Of a stretch of 64,000 nt of DNA, positions 47,664 to 57,402 are shown one piece after another (the first letter of the stretch is position 1; each line of letters starts with the position of its first letter). The notes beneath the pieces were generated by a model, which was not told where the DNA came from, searched no databases, and was given only the letters and a program-made list of their open reading frames with translations. Position numbers and translations under genes: made by a program. Origin of the DNA: Armatimonadota bacterium (lineage in GTDB: Bacteria; Armatimonadota; HRBIN16); the NCBI GenBank assembly GCA_963677485.1, contig OY781964.1, positions 4,608,001-4,672,000 on the forward strand, given 5' to 3'.

Positions 47664-48391
47664 ATATTATCGTATTCCTGGCCAAGATAGAACTGTCGTG
47701 CGATGGGGTTTTGGGGCAAATCTTCAGAGGCGCCTTCCGTGACGATATTGCCTTCGGCGATAATATAGGCGCGGTCAGTAATTCGAAGAGTGGCCCGGAC
47801 ATTGTGGTCCGTGATCAAAATCCCGATGCCGAGTTTCTCTCGCAACGACGCGATGATCTTCTGTAAATCCGCGATGGCTATAGGGTCCACCCCTGTGAAA
47901 GGCTCATCCAGCAGGATAAACTGGGGGGCAGCGGCGATGGCTCGTGCTATCTCAACGCGCCGACGTTCGCCACCAGAGAGCACATAAGCTGGTGATGTCC
48001 GCAGACGAGTGATGTGGAAGTCCTCCAGCAGCATGTCTATCTGCTTTTGTGCTTCCGCATTCTCAACACCGCGGGCTTGAAGCACTAGCCGCAGATTGTC
48101 TTCGACCGTCAGTTTACGAAACACTGATGGTTCCTGGGCTAGATATCCCAATCCCATTCTGGCTCGAGCAAACATGGGTTGGCTGGTGATGTCTTTGTTA
48201 TCTAAAAAGACACGTCCAGATGTTGGCTGCACCAGTCCAATTGTCATGTAAAATGATGTTGTTTTACCGGCTCCATTGGGTCCTAAAAGACCAACAATTT
48301 CGCCGGTCGTCATGCTAAAGCTGACTCCGTTAACAACCTTACGACCTTTATATACCTTGACTAGCTCTTCAACGCGCAGGCTTACGGTCAT
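47660..48391 (-). CDS. lptB: LPS export ABC transporter ATP-binding protein
   Basis: GPNGAGKTT, YLAQEPSVFRKL, LSGGERRRVEIAR, ITDHNVR. Confidence 0.97.
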   Translation of the reverse strand: MTVSLRVEELVKVYKGRKVVNGVSFSMTTGEIVGLLGPNGAGKTTSFYMTIGLVQPTSGRVFLDNKDITSQPMFARARMGLGYLAQEPSVFRKLTVEDNLRLVLQARGVENAEAQKQIDMLLEDFHITRLRTSPAYVLSGGERRRVEIARAIAAAPQFILLDEPFTGVDPIAIADLQKIIASLREKLGIGILITDHNVRATLRITDRAYIIAEGNIVTEGASEDLPQNPIARQFYLGQEYDNI

Positions 48392-48957
48392 TTCTTTATG
48401 GTGGATCCTTTCGAGGAGTAGGTGGCCTCTGTCTGTTCTTCGGCACCTGACAGTGTCACGCTCTCAATCACGACATTACCGTTGACCATAGCAAGATCAA
48501 TCGTGCCAGACGAGCCTTTCTGTGTGACCGTGAAGTCGGCTTCTTCCACAGATATCACCAGCCCACCTTTAAGCAGGATCTTAGGTGATGTGGCGTCGCC
48601 AATGTATTCGGCACTGCCGGAAGTACCTTTAGCTTTGCGGTTTTGTTTCGTGTCCGTCAGCGATATCTCAACCGTGCCAGTCGCTATGGCGTTATCAATC
48701 CTCGCCTTACCTGCGGCAGGAGCTTGCGAGACGATCTGAATCTTCTGAGCTGTCATGCGTAAGGTGCCGTCATTGCGTTCCAATACCACACGCGTGCCTG
48801 TCACTTCCACATGGATGACTTTATCGGCACCATATGTAGTTTTAATATCTTTGTATTTTGAGAGCCTAAAACTGCCCACTGTGGCTTGCGCATGTGATAC
48901 AACCGCCATGACGAGCAGAGCGGCAATAAGTGGCAATATCTGAATGAGTTTACGCAT
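48388..48957 (-). CDS. LptA/OstA-like periplasmic beta-jellyroll protein
   Basis: Signal peptide ending SHA; MTAQKIQI, AIATGTV, SGSAEY strands; lies between lptC and lptB. Confidence 0.7.
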   Translation of the reverse strand: MRKLIQILPLIAALLVMAVVSHAQATVGSFRLSKYKDIKTTYGADKVIHVEVTGTRVVLERNDGTLRMTAQKIQIVSQAPAAGKARIDNAIATGTVEISLTDTKQNRKAKGTSGSAEYIGDATSPKILLKGGLVISVEEADFTVTQKGSSGTIDLAMVNGNVVIESVTLSGAEEQTEATYSSKGSTIKK

Positions 48958-48973
48958 TGTGTCCTCCAAAAAT

Positions 48974-49510
48974 TTACGGATTGGTCAGGTGCATCGAAGT
49001 GAAATCCGTATTCAACTCCATACGCGCTCCTCGAACATCGAAGCCTTCGCCGGCCAATCTCACCGAGCCCTCAGCAATGATCTTGTGCTTGCTTGCAATC
49101 CACGTCGCACGGTCGGCACTCAAGGTGACCTGGTTTACCAGAGAGGTTGCTTTAACCCCTCCAGAAGCTACTATTTCATACTTGTCACGGTCGGCGATCA
49201 CTGATGCCGCTTGTAACCTGCTGGCAGCTTTACCTGCCTTATCAAACAGTGTACAATCAACCCCTTCAAACCGCCCACTTGAACTTCCTGTCAGTGCCTC
49301 ACCCTGTAATCCCACGCCATTTTTGGCCGTTGCGGTCCAGACCTGACGGCTGGGAGAGCCTGGTATTCGCCAGTTAACGACGATATGACGAGTAGCAACC
49401 TGCAATCTCAGCTCAGGCGGTTTGGCCGTCTTCGCAGGATTCCGAGGTTGCTTATTGCATCCGCACATCAGTACGGCGATAATAATGACGAGTGTGGCTA
49501 TGATTCGCAT
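48974..49510 (-). CDS. lptC: LptC-like protein with a lipobox-like N-terminus; start probably 49510
   Basis: WTATA, LSADRATW..IIAEGSVRL..VRGARMEL; operon position; LMCGC. Confidence 0.72.
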   Translation of the reverse strand: MRIIATLVIIIAVLMCGCNKQPRNPAKTAKPPELRLQVATRHIVVNWRIPGSPSRQVWTATAKNGVGLQGEALTGSSSGRFEGVDCTLFDKAGKAASRLQAASVIADRDKYEIVASGGVKATSLVNQVTLSADRATWIASKHKIIAEGSVRLAGEGFDVRGARMELNTDFTSMHLTNP

Positions 49511-49567
49511 ACTTATACAGTTTACATTATCGGAGCTCATGAGGGTCAGCATGTTTGGTCATAAGAG

Positions 49568-51118
49568 ATGACTGCAGGAAGCATACATGAGTTACCCAGG
49601 CGATTCGCCCTGCGTCAATTCTCGCAGGGTCTGCAGCAGCTCAATGCCCGTCCAGCAGTTGAGGCTGGTATAGGGCTGGTTGTCGGTCTGGCGATATCGC
49701 TGGACAGCGAACCCGTCATGAGCGCGACGTGGTGCGTTGTGGTAGCCGCGGCTTTATTCGCTAGTGCGCAACTACTTCGGGTCCGCCTGCCTCTTCTTCT
49801 GCTCGCCGGTGTGATTGCTGGCATAGTTCTGGGTATACCTCAATCGATCATTTCGCGATACCAGATGGCAAATGCCAAACCCGGCTCTGGTGTCATAGTG
49901 GGTGTGATCACCGCAGAACCATCTGTCTATACGCGTCCGATGCAGTTTACCCTTACCGTGTGTGATTCGAAATGCGCACTCCCCGCGGGCATGAGACTTC
50001 GAGTCAGCTCATACAGCCTTCAACGTGACATTTACCCTGGTCAAGTCATACGGTGTCGTCTAGCCTGGCATCGTGCCGGGAAAAGCGGCTATGATCGCTG
50101 GTTGTGGCTGCGTGGCATCTACCTCAAAGCCGGGCTTGTTTCAGATGACATTGAAATAATCGCAGAGAACCCCCTTCGGAAGCACATCAGCCAAATGCGC
50201 AGACGGTGCCTCGATGGGCTAAATCGGGTGTTACCAAGAAGCCGACGAGGAATGGTCAAGGGCATCGCGCTGGGTGATACTTCGGATTTATCTTTCGGCG
50301 AGAAGCGTGCCTTGGCGGATACTGGAGCCATCCATATTTTGTCACCGAGCGGGCTGCATGTCTCGATTGTTTTTGGATTTGTGTGGATCACGATAGGTTT
50401 GGCTTCCAGGAGTCGGTCTGTGCGTATTGTGTTCAGCATCATGGCCGTATGGCTTTACGCGCTTATCTGCGGAGCCGAAGCACCAGCGGTGAGAAGTGCG
50501 ATTATGTGCTCTGTTGCTGGCCTAGCTCAGTGGTCACATCGTGATCGAGATGCGTTGAGTGCCTGCGCCGTCGCCGCGATGATGATATTGGTCTGCAATC
50601 CCATGAGCTTGATAGATCCATCTTTCCAGATGTCGTTCGTCATGGTGAGTTTTGTGCTGGTGATCTCATCTGTTGTGATGAACCACCATAGATATATCGC
50701 CGATATACTACCACGGATGAAGCGAAAGCTAGTTGACTTGTTTGTCGCTGGTGTGCTGTGTGCCATGGCGGCTGCACCGCTCAGCGCTTTCTATTTTGAA
50801 CGTGTATCGATGATCAGTCCTGTCACAAACATTGCGATATCAGCTCCTGTCGCAGTGATCACCTGTGTGGCCCCGTTGGCGGGCTGGGCGTCCAATATGG
50901 GCATCAGTGATCCTGTGGACTCACTAGCTGGCGGAATTCTTGGCTTTTGTGCGGCTTGGATTGGTCGTGTCGTTGAGTTCTGTCACAGCCTTCCAGCAAA
51001 CAGCCTGAAGATGCGCGCACCCTCGGCAACGATGTTGATTGTATACTACATTTGTTACCTTGCGTTATTATTATTAATTAAGTCGAGAAGGGACAGGGTG
51101 AAGGCGGTTGCTGCATAA
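49568..51118 (+). CDS. comEC: ComEC/Rec2 competence membrane protein lacking the C-terminal MBL domain
   Basis: GIALGD, TGAIHILSPSGLHV, PAVRSAIM, PSFQMSF. Confidence 0.88.
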   Translation: MTAGSIHELPRRFALRQFSQGLQQLNARPAVEAGIGLVVGLAISLDSEPVMSATWCVVVAAALFASAQLLRVRLPLLLLAGVIAGIVLGIPQSIISRYQMANAKPGSGVIVGVITAEPSVYTRPMQFTLTVCDSKCALPAGMRLRVSSYSLQRDIYPGQVIRCRLAWHRAGKSGYDRWLWLRGIYLKAGLVSDDIEIIAENPLRKHISQMRRRCLDGLNRVLPRSRRGMVKGIALGDTSDLSFGEKRALADTGAIHILSPSGLHVSIVFGFVWITIGLASRSRSVRIVFSIMAVWLYALICGAEAPAVRSAIMCSVAGLAQWSHRDRDALSACAVAAMMILVCNPMSLIDPSFQMSFVMVSFVLVISSVVMNHHRYIADILPRMKRKLVDLFVAGVLCAMAAAPLSAFYFERVSMISPVTNIAISAPVAVITCVAPLAGWASNMGISDPVDSLAGGILGFCAAWIGRVVEFCHSLPANSLKMRAPSATMLIVYYICYLALLLLIKSRRDRVKAVAA

Positions 51119-53519
51119 AGTGGTCGTGGCTTTGTGTGTATGGTTGTCAATAGCCATCGTCACTTGTGCTCAAGGTATAGATTCCGTTGCCCCTTCGAAA
51201 ACAACACCTGCTGCTGTCGTCACTAATCCTATATTAGGCAAGATCGGCGACGAATGCCGCACAGCCTCAAACGTCATCGCACTGAATCCCGGAAACATGG
51301 CTTTATTGACATATAGCACGGTCTGTGATGCCATCGGCACTGCGTTATCACCCAATTCTGAGCCCCTTCAACCGAATGCCATTCAGGCACCGGCACCACC
51401 AGCCGCAAAGAACATCGAAATCAAGAGCTTCAAGAGCCTTAACATCACCCCAGATAACAAACTGGATGCCACCGGCATCGTGGCATTATGGCGTGAGCAC
51501 ACCATCAAAGCGGACAAAGTCACCGGCGACACACACCAACGGGAATATACATTTAATGGCGGTGTCGATGTCAGTGCTGAAGGCCTAAGCCTTAAATCCG
51601 ATGACTTAACCATCAACACTCGTTATCGTGACTGGAGTTCCACGGGTGCGCACGGATCTGCCTCGCCACAGTATATGGAGACGGATATCATCAAGGAAAA
51701 TCTGCTGTTCAAAGGCGCCACTATGAAGGGTGACGAACGGACTGCCCATCTGAGTGCCTGCTTACTCACAACTTGTGACCGTGATCATCCCCATTATGTC
51801 ATCGACTCCGCCTATACCGACATCATCAAAGGTAAAAGCTTGACTCTCCGGGACCTTCGGATCAGGCTGTGGGGAAGAACTCTGGTAAAGGTACCAAAGT
51901 TAGTGATCCCGCTGGACCGCGAATATGACCCGGACTACATACCCCAAGTGGGCAACACCCCCGACGAAGGCTATTTTGTAAAAATGGCTTTAGGATATTC
52001 GTTGATACAGCAAGAGGGTAAGGCACTTGTGCAACTCATGCAAAAGAAGGGTGTTGGCATTGGATTTGACCAGCCATACGAGTTCGGTAAAAACAAAGGT
52101 ACGCTCTCGGTATTCGGCCTGATCAACCAGGCCCAGAGTTCCAAATACATCACAGCTTCGTTGCAGCACACCACACAACTTTTTGGATTGAACACGCAGA
52201 TCACTGGCGACCTGCGCCAAAACAGCTACATGTTAGGAAACGACAGCAGCAGTAACCTCTCGTTGAACCTGGACAGATCGACACGCGGCACGGAATTTCG
52301 GAGCAGCATCCGTTACGGCAGCCAAAACTCGGATTATTACGATAGTAACTCTTACGCCCAGTCATTGGCTTACGGATTCCGTTGGGGCAGACAGTCGCTT
52401 CGGTTCTCCACAGACTACACCAAAACGGACAACTCCTACGGGTCGGGGAGCTCTTCCAGTAGTGAGCGGCTGACGGGTGGTATCGACGGCAGCGGTACCC
52501 TGGGCTCATTTGATTGGGGACTGGCGGTCAACCGGTTTTTCCCCATGGGCGATGACCAAAACAGCGTGATTTACGGTGGTCTCGAAAAGCTGCCAGAGCT
52601 GAGCTTCCGCACCGACTCGATGAAGCTATGGAAACAACAAAGCGGTTTGACGTTCAAGACTGTCTTGGGGCGGTACTCCCAGATGCAAAACGGGGACCAG
52701 ATCAACAGAGCGATGGTTGAAGCTGCTTGGAACCCCAGATGGGGGACCGGTACTGGTATAAACTACACCGCCTCCAGCCTGTTCCGTCAGATCATCAGCA
52801 GCGACAACACCGCACAGTATGTGCTGCAGGGTAGTTTTGGGGTGACAAAGCCCATTAAAGAGGGGCTTGCTTGGAGGGTGAACTACCAATACACCAGGCC
52901 ATACGGCTATAGCCCATTGACGCTGGACTATACCGGCAAGAGCAGTTATGCCACGGTGGGTATGGAATATAGTGTGGCTGATCGTATTAAGATCCGCGCA
53001 GGAAGCGGCTATGACTTCTTTGCAGAACTGCGTCAGAGTCAGCCATGGCAGCCTTTGGCATTCGAGGCGATGTGGAAGCCGTCATCGGCCTCACAGATCG
53101 CGGTTTCGAGCAGTCTTGACCCCAATAGCGGCCGGTGGGATAGCATGCGCACCATATTGCGGTACCAAAGCGCGAAGTTCAGCACGAACGTCAGCGCGTT
53201 ATACAATCCGCTGACCAATCAACTGGCTACCGGCAACGCCTATGTGGAAACTTCATTGTTCAACGGCGGCTGGCGGGTAAGTGGATTGCTGAACTACAAT
53301 GGGTACCTCGATCAGTTCGACAGCCAGCAATACCAGATTGTTCGTGACATGCACTGTATGGAAGCCGTGATCAGCATGACAGACATCCAGACCGGCTTCA
53401 CCGTGGGCAAGCAGTGGATGTTCCAACTGCGCCTGAAGGCCTTAGGACGGACACCGAAATTGGGTAAGGGCAGCTATGGAGAAAGCCTGATGAGCAGCGG
53501 AGGCGGCCTCGGTTACTGA
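51108..53519 (+). CDS. LptD-like LPS-assembly outer-membrane protein
   Basis: LTTCDRDHPHY, long amphipathic beta region, IVRDMHC near the C-terminus; close to the lpt operon. Confidence 0.78.
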   Translation: MLHKVVVALCVWLSIAIVTCAQGIDSVAPSKTTPAAVVTNPILGKIGDECRTASNVIALNPGNMALLTYSTVCDAIGTALSPNSEPLQPNAIQAPAPPAAKNIEIKSFKSLNITPDNKLDATGIVALWREHTIKADKVTGDTHQREYTFNGGVDVSAEGLSLKSDDLTINTRYRDWSSTGAHGSASPQYMETDIIKENLLFKGATMKGDERTAHLSACLLTTCDRDHPHYVIDSAYTDIIKGKSLTLRDLRIRLWGRTLVKVPKLVIPLDREYDPDYIPQVGNTPDEGYFVKMALGYSLIQQEGKALVQLMQKKGVGIGFDQPYEFGKNKGTLSVFGLINQAQSSKYITASLQHTTQLFGLNTQITGDLRQNSYMLGNDSSSNLSLNLDRSTRGTEFRSSIRYGSQNSDYYDSNSYAQSLAYGFRWGRQSLRFSTDYTKTDNSYGSGSSSSSERLTGGIDGSGTLGSFDWGLAVNRFFPMGDDQNSVIYGGLEKLPELSFRTDSMKLWKQQSGLTFKTVLGRYSQMQNGDQINRAMVEAAWNPRWGTGTGINYTASSLFRQIISSDNTAQYVLQGSFGVTKPIKEGLAWRVNYQYTRPYGYSPLTLDYTGKSSYATVGMEYSVADRIKIRAGSGYDFFAELRQSQPWQPLAFEAMWKPSSASQIAVSSSLDPNSGRWDSMRTILRYQSAKFSTNVSALYNPLTNQLATGNAYVETSLFNGGWRVSGLLNYNGYLDQFDSQQYQIVRDMHCMEAVISMTDIQTGFTVGKQWMFQLRLKALGRTPKLGKGSYGESLMSSGGGLGY

Positions 53520-56500
53520 AGCCACACCCTGTTGGGTCCCATGATTTTAGAGATGGCCTCTGTGATGTCAGTTTCCAGATTAACTCTCATTCGCGACCGA
53601 ACCTTCACTTCACGGTTGTTTTTCAGCACATGCACAATGATCGGACTGTCGCCCTGGTAACAATCCAACAGGCTCTTGATGGTGTTGAGCATGGGACGAT
53701 GCAGATCCTCAACCAGCCGTAGATGAAGTGTCTTGTTGACCAGGCTTTCGTGACGGGTGACGGTGTCGGTGCCCGGGGCTGACCGATCGGTGAGCGCACT
53801 TGCCGAATCGCAGTGGATTTCCGCTACCGGCTTTGGGGCATCGCCGTCCTCTGTGTCCTCAGACTTCACAACCTGGTCGCGGTATTTCACTTTCCCCTTG
53901 ATGATCACCAGTTTATCCTGACCGATCTCGTTCGCAACTCGTTCGTAGACAAACGGGAAGACGGTCACCTGAATGCTGCTTGTCAAGTCCTCCAGCATGA
54001 AGCTGGCCATGTTTTTGCCGGTGCTGGTTAATATCTTCCGGTAGTTGGTGATGATGCCCGCCAGGGTGACTTCAGTGCCTTGCTCCATTTCCCGGGCGGT
54101 GACGCAGGGTGTCGCCCGGACCGCTCTGATCGCCAGTTCAAGGTGCTTCAGCGGGTGGTCGGTGAGATACATGCCCAAAGCGGACTTTTCATACGCCATT
54201 TTGACTTCACGCGAGGTATCTGGCACATCGGGCATGGCAGGGGCTTGAACCTCATCAGCCTGAGCATCGTCGCCAAACAGGTTGCCTTGCCCGGTCTCCT
54301 GGTCTTTTGCCAGCCGGATCGCCAGGTTCCACGTCGCGTCCAGTGCCGCTTGACAGGCTGCACGATTCTCGTGGATGCTGGTGAAGGCTCCAACTTGGAT
54401 CAGTGTTTCGACAACACCTTTACCGATCGCTCCATTGGCAGCGACCACCCGCTTGCAGAAGTCCAGCAGCGAAGCAAATGGGATATCGCCTCTTGCCTCG
54501 AGGATCGTCTCAACTGCGGCTCGTCCTACGTTCTTGATCGCCGAGAGCCCGAATAGAATCTTGCCCTCTGAGGTCACGAAGTCGATGTCGCTGGCGTTGA
54601 TGTCTGGCGGGCAGACCTCGATACCACGCTTACGGCATTCATCCACGTATTGGATGACCTTGTCCTCTTTTTCCATGAACACGGACATCGAGGCTGCGAA
54701 ATACTCTACGGGGTAATTCGCCTTGAGCCAGGCGGTCTGGTAGGCCACAATGGCGTAACACACGGCGTGGGCCTTGTTGAAGGCATATCCGGCGAAGGGC
54801 TCGATCAAAGTGTAAATCTCGGAGGCCTTTTTCTCGGACACCCCGTTGTTGATGGCGCCTTCCATGAACTGGGCACGCATTTTGTCAATGATCTCGCGGT
54901 TCTTCTTACCCATGGCCTTGCGCATGATATCGGCCTGGCCCAGGCTGAAGCCTGCGATGGCGCGTACGATCATCATGACTTGGTCCTGATACACGATGAC
55001 GCCGTATGTCTCCGCTAGAATCGGCTCCATCTTCGGATGCGGGTAGACAATGGGGTCGATCCCGAATTTTTGCCGAATATACCTTGGGATGTGCTCCAAT
55101 GGCCCAGGGCGATAGAGTGCGATCATAGCGGCGAGTTCCTGCACTTTGTTGGGTTTCAGCTCACGGATGTTCTTCCGCATCCCCTCGGATTCCAACTGAA
55201 AGACGCCAGAGGTGTCGCCCTCGCCCAGCATATCCCAAGCCTTTTGGTCATCATGGGGGATCGTGAGGATGTCAATATCTACACCGTGGTTACGCTTGAC
55301 GGCCGCGACAGCCTTACCGAGAACACCCAGGTTGGCCAGACCAAGGAAGTCCATCTTCAAAAGGCCGATATGTTCCAGCTCATTCATCTGGAACTGGGTG
55401 ATCTGTTCACCCTCTTTACCTTTGAATAGCGGCACGTGCTCCGCCAGTGGCTCAGAACAGATCAACACACCAGCAGCGTGAACACTGAGGTGGCGCGCGA
55501 CACCCTCAATCCGTTTCGCAACTTCCATCACCTGGTTCAGCTCAGGGAAATCCAGCAGCACCTGCTTCATGTCGGCTGTTTCAAGGGCGGACTGCAAGCT
55601 GACGTTGGGCAGTGCTGGCACCGCCTTGGCTGCCTTATCGATGGTCGATGGGGCTATCTCTAGAACTTTGCCGATGTCGCGGATGGCGGTCTTCGCCCCG
55701 ATGGTTCCGAAGGTGCCGATCTGCGACACGTGGTCTTCGCCGTACTTCTCACGGACATATTCGATCACTTCGCCGCGGCGGGTGTCCTCAAAGTCCATGT
55801 CGATATCTGGCATTGAGACGCGTTCCGGGTTGAGGAAGCGTTCAAAAGTAAGGCCGTAGTAGAGTGGGTCCACATCGGTAATGCCGATACAATAGCTGAC
55901 CATACTGCCGGCGGCCGATCCACGGACGCCGTAATAGATGCCTTTGTCGCGTGAATAGATCGCAAAGTCCCGTACGATCAAGAAATACATCGGGTATCCA
56001 GTCTGTTCGATCACGCTAAGCTCGTATTCCAGCCGCGTCTTGGCCTCATCGGTGATCACAGGATATCGGGCATACATGCCCTCGACTGCCAGTTTTCGCA
56101 GATATCCCGCTCCGTCACCGTTGGGAACACCGGGGTCGGGAAGGTGAACACGCGAAAAGTCCATCTGCAGGTCGACCATATCGGCGATGCGGGATGTGTT
56201 CTCAATCGCCTCTGGGATATCAGCAAACAGGGCTGACATCTCATCGGCACTCTTGACATAGAACTCCTGGGATCCGTAGCGCATACGGTCGGAATCGGAA
56301 AAGACCTTGTTCGTCTGAATACACAGCATCACTTCATGGGCGTAGGCATCATCAGCTTTCAGGTAGTGGCAGTCATTGGCCGCCACCATGCCGGTTTTGG
56401 TGTCTTTCGCGAGCTGAATCAGGCCTTCACGGATTCGTGCTTGTTCGGGAAGGTTGTGATCCTGTATCTCAATGAAGTAATTCTCTTTACCGAACACACC

Positions 56501-57001
56501 CTTGTAGAAATCCACGGTGCGCAGAGCTTTAGCCATGTCACCAGCCAGAAGGGCGGAGGCGACCTCACCGCTGAGGCAAGCGGAGTTACAGATGATACCC
56601 TCGCCATACTGCTCCAGCAGCTCGTGGTCGATACGGGGTTTATAATAGAAGCCTTGCATCCATGAGATTGAGCACAGCTTCATCAGGTTCTTGTATCCGG
56701 TGAGGTTTTTGGCCAGCAGTATCAGGTGGTAGTTGCGTTGGTCTGTCTGGGCCTCTTTGTCCGTATGCCTTCGTGACGCCACATAGAACTCACATCCGAT
56801 GATGGGTTTGATCGGCGTGCCGCTGCCTTTGGTGCATTGTTCGTAGAACTGCACCGCGCCTGCCATGCTGCCGTGGTCGGTGATAGCCAGGGCTGGCATC
56901 CCCAGTTCACGTGCGCGTGCCAGCAGCGGTTTGATCTTATTTGCACCATCCAAAAGGCTGAAATCCGTATGGGTATGAAGATGGACAAACTGGTTGGGCA
57001 C
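53513..57001 (-). CDS. dnaE: DNA polymerase III alpha subunit
   Basis: FVHLHTHTDFSLLDG, RGSAAGS, FERFLNPER, PDIDMDF, KMDFLGL, YAFNKAHA; no intein seen. Confidence 0.99.
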   Translation of the reverse strand: MPNQFVHLHTHTDFSLLDGANKIKPLLARARELGMPALAITDHGSMAGAVQFYEQCTKGSGTPIKPIIGCEFYVASRRHTDKEAQTDQRNYHLILLAKNLTGYKNLMKLCSISWMQGFYYKPRIDHELLEQYGEGIICNSACLSGEVASALLAGDMAKALRTVDFYKGVFGKENYFIEIQDHNLPEQARIREGLIQLAKDTKTGMVAANDCHYLKADDAYAHEVMLCIQTNKVFSDSDRMRYGSQEFYVKSADEMSALFADIPEAIENTSRIADMVDLQMDFSRVHLPDPGVPNGDGAGYLRKLAVEGMYARYPVITDEAKTRLEYELSVIEQTGYPMYFLIVRDFAIYSRDKGIYYGVRGSAAGSMVSYCIGITDVDPLYYGLTFERFLNPERVSMPDIDMDFEDTRRGEVIEYVREKYGEDHVSQIGTFGTIGAKTAIRDIGKVLEIAPSTIDKAAKAVPALPNVSLQSALETADMKQVLLDFPELNQVMEVAKRIEGVARHLSVHAAGVLICSEPLAEHVPLFKGKEGEQITQFQMNELEHIGLLKMDFLGLANLGVLGKAVAAVKRNHGVDIDILTIPHDDQKAWDMLGEGDTSGVFQLESEGMRKNIRELKPNKVQELAAMIALYRPGPLEHIPRYIRQKFGIDPIVYPHPKMEPILAETYGVIVYQDQVMMIVRAIAGFSLGQADIMRKAMGKKNREIIDKMRAQFMEGAINNGVSEKKASEIYTLIEPFAGYAFNKAHAVCYAIVAYQTAWLKANYPVEYFAASMSVFMEKEDKVIQYVDECRKRGIEVCPPDINASDIDFVTSEGKILFGLSAIKNVGRAAVETILEARGDIPFASLLDFCKRVVAANGAIGKGVVETLIQVGAFTSIHENRAACQAALDATWNLAIRLAKDQETGQGNLFGDDAQADEVQAPAMPDVPDTSREVKMAYEKSALGMYLTDHPLKHLELAIRAVRATPCVTAREMEQGTEVTLAGIITNYRKILTSTGKNMASFMLEDLTSSIQVTVFPFVYERVANEIGQDKLVIIKGKVKYRDQVVKSEDTEDGDAPKPVAEIHCDSASALTDRSAPGTDTVTRHESLVNKTLHLRLVEDLHRPMLNTIKSLLDCYQGDSPIIVHVLKNNREVKVRSRMRVNLETDITEAISKIMGPNRVWLQ

Positions 57002-57072
57002 GTATGAACTCCAGGGATATTTAACAGTTGGGACATCTCATTTTACATCAGTTAGGGTTCGGTGCGATTCTC

Positions 57073-57260
57073 ATCCACAGATTACACAGATTGCGCAGAT
57101 TAGGTCTGGAATGGCTATGTCCGCGCCGTTTTGTTGGTGCGACAGCAGTTAGGGAACATAACGCAAAGACGCAGAGGGGTAAAGGACGCAAAGTGCGCGG
57201 ATGGTGGATCCTTGCACCGTCCGTTCCGTGCAATTCGCGTCATCCGTGTAATCCGTGGTT
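57073..57260. repeat. Short-period intergenic repeats (CACRGATT and ACGCAAAG types) in inverted arrangement
   Basis: atccacagattacacagattgcgcagatt (57073-57101) mirrors the reverse complement of atccgtgtaatccgtggtt (57242-57260); acgcaaagacgcagag..acgcaaag lies between. Confidence 0.65.
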
Positions 57261-57402
57261 CAGACAATACTCGGTCCGTCTAGCAGTAAGTCCGCCTCCT
57301 CCGGGTTCAGGCAAACAGGCTACAGTTGTTTAATTCCTCGCCAACGGATACCATGAATATGTAGCCGCGACACCTAACTACCATCTCGATACGTGAGGAA
57401 TA

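Noticed and set aside
57262-57402. Purine, ZTP or PRPP riboswitch upstream of purF
   Set aside because: No recognisable consensus core or terminator by eye; an Rfam scan would settle it
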